From Geosiphon pyriformis uo1 (Eukaryota > Fungi > Glomeromycota), in assembly GCA_016748015.1 (NCBI GenBank), contig JAAOMT010000531.1, positions 186,001-250,000 of the forward strand: a DNA stretch of 64,000 nucleotides, in the 5' to 3' direction. Position numbers and translations under genes: made by a program. Positions 55,101-64,000 of the stretch are shown piece by piece. Below the pieces are notes generated by a model. It was given only the letters and a program-made list of their open reading frames with translations. It was not told the origin of the DNA and ran no database searches. The stretch's first letter is position 1; every line of letters begins with the position of its first letter.

Positions 55101-55851
55101 ACAAATAAGTAAATTGTTGCTTAACATTTCCTCCGTAAACTTTTATAAACTCTATTCTTCACCAAGATTTTCTCATTTAAACAAGTCTTGACTCAAAATA
55201 TCATAATCCAAAAGAAATTTCCAGACCTGGTATTATAACCTGTTTTTATTGCAAATCATTAATAATAATTTTCCTGGAGGATTGTGTGTGGGAGGGTTCG
55301 CTCAAATCCGAGAATTCAGGAGTTAAATGTGTAGCCGATTAAGGTTTGAAAATATTCTTTCCAAATTCTCGAAATATGATCAAAATTTCGAATCTTTCAT
55401 TGTTAATTAATAGGGATAATTAAATATCAAAAAATAATCTTGAAAATAAATCTTTGCCAAGACTCAACTGAATTTTGAGCTTCCCTGAATGTTTTATTCT
55501 GGTCTTTCTCTGGTACTACCACTAATGCGAAGAATAATTTAGTAAGGTTCATTCTTCTTTTAAGCTTTCTTTGTATCCACGGTTCTGAAATTCTTGGTGT
55601 GACTGTGAATTATGCTTACATATATAGTAATAATCAGTTTGTACAATTTTTATAGAATAAACCCCACATGTTGCATTAGCGTGATTACCTGAAAAGTCGA
55701 TAAAGGAAATTTAATAAAGGCTTAGTGAAAAGGTTTTGTTTTTGCGATAAAAAAACTTAATGTGAGATGTTTTTTAGCTTAGCATATGCGTTGTCGTGAT
55801 TCTCGATCAAATTTAAAATCATTAGGTATATTAATTTAAATCTCTTAATCA

Positions 55852-55892
<41 letters not shown>

Positions 55893-57011
55893 GTCAAGAA
55901 TTCTAGCATTAACAGTTAAGAGGTACACGTACAACTTGAACCATCCATCATCTCTCTCCGTTTACAACCATCACCCCTTTTTTTCGCGTAGTACTTTACT
56001 CCTTCATCAATGATTCCTTAACATCCCACTCTTTAACCCCTTCTACTGAAAACCGTGCCACCACACTCACCTAAAATGATTAATTCGAAAATAAAAAATA
56101 TAACTGATCTTGATATTTTTAAAAAAATTACGAAGAAGAAAATTCATTAGGAATGAAATTAGTTTAATAGGGTGGTGTGGGCAATTTTAGTAATACGCGT
56201 CTATTTGTGCTTTTGTCATTTAAAGTTTGTCTTGAGAGGATTCCTCATTTATATATCTTTACCTGTAATTAGATGAATACGGATATTCTCTTTACGATAA
56301 TATTGAAGATTGCTGCTGCTGCTGCTGTTGTGAAATTTCAAAAAAAAAAAAGACTAGAGTGTACAAAAAGGTGACCCCGACTAAATTAATATTATAAATC
56401 TTTGCCATTGAACCAATTTGTTTTTTTATTTATCTATTTGTATGTTGAATCCTCTCGTCCCTGCTAGCTAATTAATTAAGAAGTTTGATAGTAGCAGCGC
56501 AGACATCACCTCTATTCACAACGACAAGGAAAACGACCTTTCTAATTGAATAACTTTTTCAATTTGGATCTATTGTCCTGTCTAGCTGTTATTGCTCTTG
56601 CTGCTGCTGCTATCGCAAACACTTTCTATCCCTCTTTAACGAATCCACAAAAAACAAATCTTTATTCTTTGGCCTTCTTTCTCAGTTTGCATTTTCGAAT
56701 AGCCTATTTACTATCGCAACCTATAACTGATAACAATTTTTGGTGGCCACGCTTTTCATTGTCTATTAAAACACAACAACGGACACACATACACACACAT
56801 TTCGACTTTTCACTTCGGACAGTTAAACTTTTCTTCATCGCTTTGGTAAAGCGTTCTCCACTCCACCCCATCTTAGTTTTTTTCTTCAACTCCTTTTTCC
56901 CCTTGCGAGAAGACTCTAGTTGTTCTTTTCCTTTTTCTCGAACAATACCCAAATTTACAGGACCATACAAAAGAACTGGACTTCTTAATTTATGCTCAGA
57001 GCGGCGGCACT

Positions 57012-60000
57012 ATGGGATCTAATTTCGTCGATCAACCCCTGAACAAACACGTAAGTCGAAAAAAACTACTTTTGAAGAAAGTATGTAAAGGTCTTGCTAA
57101 TAACGGCATTCTTTTCAGAAACTGCAACTTGGCGACTGCCTTGGTAAAGGTGCTTTTGGCTCCGTTTATCGAGCTTTGAACTTGGAGACTGGCGAAGCGT
57201 TTGCAGTAAAGCAGGTGAAGCTCAGTAATATCCGAAAATCGGAGCTCGATGTTATCATGGTATGTGCTTTTCTCTTGTTATTTGGACAAGTTTTTGGTCA
57301 AAAAAAAAATCTTCCTTTTCCGGTATACTTTTGCTTGTCACCCATGTCACCAATGTTAACAATCTTCGTCAATCTATATTTGTCCCCAACAGATGGAGAT
57401 CAACCTGTTGCGGAATCTTAACGTAAGTTTGTCGGACGAGTGATCGCTTAAATATTTGCTACAAACATTAATTTAAAATGTCTTTTGTGTCAATCACCGT
57501 GACGCCATTTCTTGTGATTAACCGGATTGTGATTTATTTCCTTAGCATGCAAATATTGTGAAATATATTGGATTTGAAAAGACCAAGGAATCCCTGTTCA
57601 TCATTTTGGAGTGAGTAATTTTATTTTTAGCAGTTAGTTGCGCTGGAGTTTTCGTTATACAAAATCAGAACAATAGCATTCTTGATTCTATTTTTTCTTT
57701 CATTTCTATTTCTATTCTTTTTTCCCATTACTTTTAAATACTCACCAAAGCTACCTTCTATATCACACACAGATATTGCGAGAATGGGTCACTGCATACG
57801 ATCTGTAAAAAGTTTGGAAAATTCCCGGAAAATCTTGTAGCAGTTTACATTAGCCAAGTGTTGGAAGGTTTATTATATCTCCACGAACAAGGTGTAATAC
57901 ATCGTGACATCAAAGGTGCAAATATTCTCACGACAAAACAAGGATTGGTAAAATTGGCTGATTTCGGTGTGGCTACGAAGACGAGCACGTTGAATGACGG
58001 TTCTGTAGTCGGGTCACCTTATTGGATGGCACCAGAAATCATTGAACTTTCAGGTGCTACCACAAAATCAGATGTATGGAGTGTCGGATGTGTGGTGATC
58101 GAATTATTGGAGGGAAAACCACCTTATTCACATCTTGATCCAATGCCAGCACTTTATGCTATTGTACAAGATGAACATCCACCATTACCTGAGAGTGCCT
58201 CACCTGCTGTAAAGAACTTTTTAATGCATTGCTTTCAAAAGGATCCAAATCTGCGAGTAACGGCTAAAAAATTACTCAAACATCCTTGGATCGCAAATTC
58301 ACGTAAAACAGCTTCGATCGATAGTTTGCAAAATAACATAGTAACAACAGAGTATGATGAGGTTGTTCAAAGTGTTAAAGAATGGAATAGGGCATTGAAC
58401 TATGATTCTAATACAAAATTAACTCCTCGAAAAATGAGACGTGATTCCATCTCAAATAAAACTCCTCCATCATCACCCCGAATTCAATACAAACCTTTAC
58501 TTGGCATAGCGAGCACATCATCAAATTATCTTGCACCAATCGAGACAAATTGGGCATTTTCTCCAACGGTGGTAGGCTCTACAATAACAAATGATAATCA
58601 AAGATCTTCAGCATTTTTGGAGGCTGATGCTGAGGGAGACAATTGGGACGATGATTTTGAAGATTCGATTCATGTTTCGAAAATTATCGCTCTACAAAAA
58701 GATCAACATCAACAACAAGGAGAACCTGCATCCAACGAACTTGATGATATCTCAACGATACGTCCCAACGAGTACCAATTAGAAAAAATTAAGGATCTAC
58801 ACGTCCCAACTTCAATATCTTCAATAAGATTGTCGGCCTCCCCAGGCAAGGAGCAGAAAAGTCCAAGAAAGTTATCATTAATTGCCATCCCTGACAAAAA
58901 ACCCTCTTCTATTTCAAAACCTTTAAACTCCAAGTTAAACGAGTCAAAGGGTAAACCGAGTAGGCCTAAAGGGCTGCGTCGCAATAGTGAGCCTCACCAC
59001 AGTTACAATTATTCGAAAAAAAATACGGTAAAACAGCCACACAGTCGATCAATCGATTTTACTAATAAGCCGCTTCCTCCTTTACCTGGAGAATTTCCAA
59101 AGTATAGATACCTTAGTCCGCCCACATCCCCGATATCTCCTACAACTTTAGTGAACCCACCCACAATGATATATACTCCGGTGACCGGTCGAAAACGATC
59201 TCAATCAACCTCATCAAATTTTTCACCCCGATTGAATCAAAATTACGAGAACGGTTTTCCCGAAAAATTTAGGCAATATGTTGAATCTAGCGAAGAAACA
59301 TATGATGATGCATTAGACAATGAAAATAATGACGGCCAAAATTTGAAGTTAAATTCGGTCCTATCTAGTAATAGTTGGCGCGGGGATGACAATAGTGACG
59401 AAGACGACCCATTCATAGAAATTGACGAGGGATTAAGCGAGATGGACTTGCAAGCAAATATTGCCCGAGATAAACATGTTCGGGCATGTGCACGTCTGGG
59501 TGATTTGCTAAATGCGTTACGGCCAAAAGAAACCGAAGACCGATTATTAAACACGTGTAACGAGCTTTCTCGATTGTTTAATGAACACAAAGAACTTAAA
59601 AATCATTTTCTGATTTTCCATGGTGTCATTCCCATCCTGGAACTTTTGGAATTGTGCTCATACGAAAAAGTTATCGGCAAATTGCTCGCCATCGTCAATA
59701 CAATAATCGAAGATAATCAGAACCTAAAAGAAAATTTTTGTCTTGTTGGTGGAATTCCTGTGATTAAAAGCTTCACCTCGAAACGATACTCTTACGATAC
59801 CCGGCTTAGAGCTGCCCATTTTATTCATCATGTGTGTAACCAGTCGACCATGACGCTCTTGATGTTTGTCTCGTGTCGTAGCTTCAAAGTCCTTGTTGAT
59901 TTTCTCGAAGAGGATTATCATGAACATAAGAAATTGGTCCAGATTGCGATTAATGCAATCTGGAACATTTTTGAGCTTACCTCCAAGCCAAAGAACGATT

Positions 60001-61424
60001 TTTGTCGTCAATTTGTAACGAGTGGACTTTTGGGTCCATTGTCGGTGACTTTACATCAAACAATTTTGGACCAAGATTCAGAGGCTGCGACATATGTGGA
60101 AAAGATTTGTAAAATATTCCAGATATTTTCTATGTCCGAGTCTTTCGTCAAAGAATCAATGGCCACCAGCCCAGTAATCGCCCGAATCCTTGACGATCTC
60201 GATAAGTTACCACACGATTTACTTGTGATTATGCTCAAGACGATCAAAAACCTCTCGATGAATTCCAAAACTTTGGAATCGTTGGAAAGTGCTGCTGCCA
60301 TTGAAATCTTGACGAGAATCTTGATTCAGCAAGATCCAACACATCACTTGGAGGTGGCCAATCAAGTTCTTAACACCATGTTTAATATGTGTAGACTCAA
60401 CAAATCGCGACAAGAAAAGGCGGCCCATGCAGGGATGATTGGGTATTTGCAGTTTTACGTCCATTCCAAGTCTCCTCTTAAACAATTCGCGTTGCCCATT
60501 TTATGTGAAATGGCCCACGCAAACCGAGCTTGCCGAGAACTGCTGAGAAAACAAGGGGGTCTGGAATTTTATATTTTATTGTTAAAGGATCCATATTGGC
60601 AAGTTAATGCATTGGATGCAATACTAGTATGGTTACAAGAAGATTTTGCTGAGGTTGAAGCTACCCTTTTGAAACCTAATAATCTGGACTGCATAGTTCA
60701 AACTTTCATCACAGCAAATGTAAATTCGTTCGAGAACATTCTTGAGCCTTTGCACATGATCACACGGTTATCACCTAAAGTGGCACGTGGTTTATCCCAG
60801 CCGTCCTTCTTTCAGCGTCTTACGTCCCGATTGAGACATTCTAAAGCTGTTGTACGCGTAAATATGCTGCGGATTTTGCGATCTTTATTTGACGCTGATT
60901 CGACGATCGTGGATAAGTATCAGAATCTTACCGAAATTAGTGATCAAATGAGCCGAGACGATCCCTCTATGTTGGTCCGAGAACTAGCAAGGGAACTTTT
61001 AGAGGGCTACTTCAAGAATTCGAAAGAACAATCCCCCAAAAAACCTCCCTCACCAATTAAAGAGGAGGATGAATTATTTCAGCAAACGAAACAAGAATCC
61101 ATTGCGGTACCCGTTTGTAATGAAAGAGAAAATGATCAAGTTAAGGGCTCAGGAGAAAATGAGGATCCGAAAACTTATTGTGATTCTTCGAATAGTAAAA
61201 ATAATATCGTGATTAGTGCTGGCATCGGCTTTAGAGAATATCTTCAAGAAAGCAACTTGAATTTAAAACCAATTCTCTCAAGTACTCATCGAAAACATAC
61301 AAGCGAACTACATTCCCACAAATTTGGTGGCCCTGAAACGAGTTCTCATCTTCGAAACACAAGCAGGATTGATAATCAAAATCTTTCTCAAGTGGGAATA
61401 GCAGTTCGAAGGGAGAGTAGTTGA
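57012..61424 (+). CDS. sepH: Septation initiation/mitotic exit kinase (SepH/Cdc7/Cdc15 family), 1308 aa; exons 57012-57050, 57119-57259, 57393-57422, 57546-57610, 57773-61424
   Basis: The spliced frame (3927 nt) gives LGDCLGKGAFGSVY, AVKQ, MEINLLRNLNHANIVKY, LEYCENGSL, KFGKFPENLVAVY, HRDIKGANIL, DFG and VVGSPYWMAPE. A C-terminal ARM-like region (ENFCLVGGIP, PKNDFCR, SPLKQFALPILC, DPYWQVNALDAI) is typical of SepH/Cdc7. Confidence 0.95.
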
Positions 61425-61458
61425 CTAGCGGCGGTTCGAGTGGGGAACCATTCGAACC
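61422..61458 (+). promoter_or_regulatory. Putative stop-codon readthrough signal: UGA-CUAG + 8-nt spacer + 11-bp GNRA hairpin
   Basis: TGA CTAGCGGC GGTTCGAGTGG GGAA CCATTCGAACC. The stem is 61433-61443/61448-61458 (10 Watson-Crick pairs + 1 G-U) with a GGAA loop. Confidence 0.75.
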
Positions 61459-62228
61459 AGAAAATTGGGCTATCAAGTCGTACAAAATCCCAACAGTATT
61501 CTTATTTTTTATCACCCCCAAGTCCGCCATCTTCACAAATTAGAACTCGACCACGAGCATTTACAACCCCAATAACTTCATCTCTTCGAAGGGTAGCTTC
61601 CAGCATTGATTTGACCCCACGACGGATATCCATCGAACCAAACTTAACTGATTTCTATCCTCCCGTTCCCACCTCTTCATCATTGCATCCCTCCCCCCCT
61701 CAAACATCACCACGTCCACTATCACATCCTCCATACACCGCTTTATCAAACTCTCACAGCCATACCACATCTTCAGCTTCCTCTTCAACCTCACCCAAAT
61801 TCGAGCACCAACTAGCACCAACCGTTGAGCTCAACGCTCCTGATACATCCAAAACATCGTTAACCAAGTCAATACAATTTCCATACCAAGATATCCGCAG
61901 ACGCTCGAAACCTGAGAAGTTTCGTTCTTTCTCTCTGCAGCCCCCTGAAACCAAATCAGAAACACAAGATAATGAGAGAGTTACTCCCGAACAACCTATC
62001 AAAGAAGAGATTGCCACATTCGTCTCCGTAGCAACAGTTGCGAGCCACAACAGCATCAAGAGTATCGAGTATTCTTGCAAATGTCCGCTTTGTGTGATGA
62101 GTTGGGTGAAAGCGCGGTTTCGTAGAGGGAAGAATAGAAAGAAAAAATATCGAAAGCAAAAAACAATTGTTACGTCTGTGATTTCGGAGCCAGAGCCAGA
62201 GCTGGAAATGGAACCTTTGGGAAAATGA
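61425..62228 (+). CDS. In-frame 267-aa C-terminal extension of SepH beyond the UGA (putative readthrough isoform, ~1576 aa total)
   Basis: An 804-nt open frame continues the sepH frame. It has exon-like GC content and no in-frame ATG until ~44 codons from its end. It is S/P/T-rich, then CKCPLC and a polybasic RFRRGKNRKKKYRKQK. Confidence 0.7.
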   Translation, partial: LAAVRVGNHSNQKIGLSSRTKSQQYSYFLSPPSPPSSQIRTRPRAFTTPITSSLRRVASSIDLTPRRISIEPNLTDFYPPVPTSSSLHPSPPQTSPRPLSHPPYTALSNSHSHTTSSASSSTSPKFEHQLAPTVELNAPDTSKTSLTKSIQFPYQDIRRRSKPEKFRSFSLQPPETKSETQDNERVTPEQPIKEEIATFVSVATVASHNSIKSIEYSCKCPLCVMSWVKARFRRGKNRKKKYRKQKTIVTSVISEPEPELEMEPLGK

Positions 62229-63765
62229 TTATTGGCTCTTATCGAATCAATGATATCAATTTTAATGACGAAGATAAATTTATATCCACCATTTAATTAA
62301 ACAATGTTCCTTCGAACTTTCCTCTTTGAGATTTTGAACCCAGACACATTCTTTTTTGTGTTCAAACAATTCCTATAATATGTATACCATTATATATAAC
62401 AAACTTTATTAATTTGTAAAACTCAACCTACTCTTATAAATAATTTCACGCAAATCGACAGATTCTTCTATTGTATTTTTTGTATATAATTCTATTCTGT
62501 CGGATTTCTCTTAATTTTTTCTTGTATACAACAAATATCCACTTTGCGCTTATCTAAACGGTTAGGAGAAGAGAAATTTCTACTTCCTTACATAATATGA
62601 TCACTTGGGGCATAATGCCACAAAAAATTTAGGGCTTTAATATTTTACATATCACATGTACTTTGTACCAATGCAATGTACTATTTAGGCTATTTAGTAT
62701 TAATTTGAACGGGTATGTAAGTTTCCAAAACCTGGTGTTTTCAAGTAAGTCTTTTTTTTGTTGAATTGATTTTTTGTCGGCCACAGGAATTTTGTTGTCT
62801 CCAAAACAAAATATGAATATATAATGTCAATTGGTAAGTTTCAAAATTAAAGTAATATTGTCAAATATAAAAGATGAAAAGTTTTTGTTTTTTTATGTAA
62901 ATATTTAATTAATTTGACATGAATAAATTTGAAATCAAAAATATTATTATAAATAAAAATATATAAAAATTAAAAAATGATTTTTATATATGAATTTTAT
63001 TTATATATTTTTAAAATTTTGAATATTTAAAAAAAAATTATTCATAACTGTAATTTTTCTGGTCAATAATTATTTAGCTCTGAAAAGGGTTATTTTAATG
63101 GTTTTAAAATCTTAAAGTTTTTTAATTAAGTTATTTTTAAGCTAATTGTTTTTTTAAAATAAATTTTGTTAAGTGCCTACAATATTTTAATTTTTTTAAT
63201 CATTTTATGCACATTTTGATGATAATAACTTTTTCAAATGACAAAAATAACATCTTAAAAAAATTTAATAACGATGGTGTTTTTTAAAATTTACCTAAAA
63301 ACAAGGGTGCAAGATTTTTAAAAAACAACAAAAGAGCAGAATCATTCAACATGACAGTATGATTATTTTCCAAATTAATCAACTTGGGAAGTAAGATAAT
63401 ACGAATGATTAGTCTTAATTCAAGAGTGAGTTAATTTATCTTTAATTTCAAAGAATTGCAAATTATTGACCATTCTAATTCGAATCCTGTACCTTTTACT
63501 CTTTAAATTAAGAATTTTTAAAATTCTAACAATGAGAAATGAATTCCAAGGATTTTAAGAAACCAATTATGTTTTGGTTATTGGCATAATTGAGGTCATT
63601 TTTTTTCAGAATATTTTTATTACTTTTCCGATGGATCATAAATTCCTTTTGAATATTGACTATAGGATAACATCATATTATATTAAGAAATTAAAATTTG
63701 GGATTCTAACCTGAATTGTTATCACAGAAATTTTTAATTAATTAAAATTATCTTTACAATAAATC

Positions 63766-63839
<74 letters not shown>

Positions 63840-64000
63840 CTTTCAATTTGTATTGTAAATATTTATTTTTTGCCAAAGTCTCTGTAAACTTGATATCTTA
63901 TTCTGGTACATGTATAACCTTTAGCATAACTAGAATCCCAAACATACAATATGAAAAAATAAAATTCCCGATCCTACTATTAATAAATTTACAAAAGAGT

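Noticed and set aside
56546-57022. 158-aa hydrophobic ORF upstream of sepH
   Set aside because: It has a TTG start and a composition explained by the pyrimidine-rich promoter/5' UTR, with no recognisable domain.
61422-61424. Selenocysteine UGA
   Set aside because: The position is in a disordered non-catalytic region of a kinase, no SECIS was recognised downstream, and Sec use is rare in fungi.
61380-61428. Intron removing the sepH stop using the TAG at 61426-61428 as acceptor
   Set aside because: The upstream sequence is purine-rich (gggagagtag) with no pyrimidine tract or clear branch site, and no strong phase-compatible donor was seen. It is not fully excluded without RNA-seq.
61440-62228. 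Independent 262-aa gene downstream of sepH
   Set aside because: It starts at GTG only 15 nt after the sepH stop, with no room for a promoter and no early ATG. It is better explained as an in-frame extension.

Overview
AT-rich, intron-containing fungal genomic DNA with six N gaps. The LINE family and gene types suggest an early-diverging fungus of the Mucoromycota/Glomeromycotina, resembling Geosiphon; this is recognition from memory, not a search result. Intact genes are a 3-exon group-B bHLH transcription factor (4384-6788), a 4-exon Frizzled/Smoothened-like 7TM receptor (35135-36916), a 2-exon small secreted Cys protein present as an inverted duplicate (41767-42698 + and 31759-32162 -), and a 5-exon SepH/Cdc7/Cdc15-type septation kinase (57012-61424). 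A Crinkler-like coiled-coil/REase/kinase gene (37433-39452) is a pseudogene. About half of the window is transposon debris. It holds three near-full-length RNase H-bearing LINEs at increasing stages of C>T/G>A erosion, two short uneroded LINE 3' ends, and extremely AT-rich 'ghost' repeats. The top finding is that the SepH stop codon is UGA-CUAG, followed after an 8-nt spacer by an 11-bp GNRA-capped hairpin and an in-frame 267-codon extension. This is the signature of programmed stop-codon readthrough and would give a C-terminally extended septation kinase. Second is an apparently repeat-targeted, possibly length-dependent, RIP-like hypermutation in a lineage where RIP is not established.
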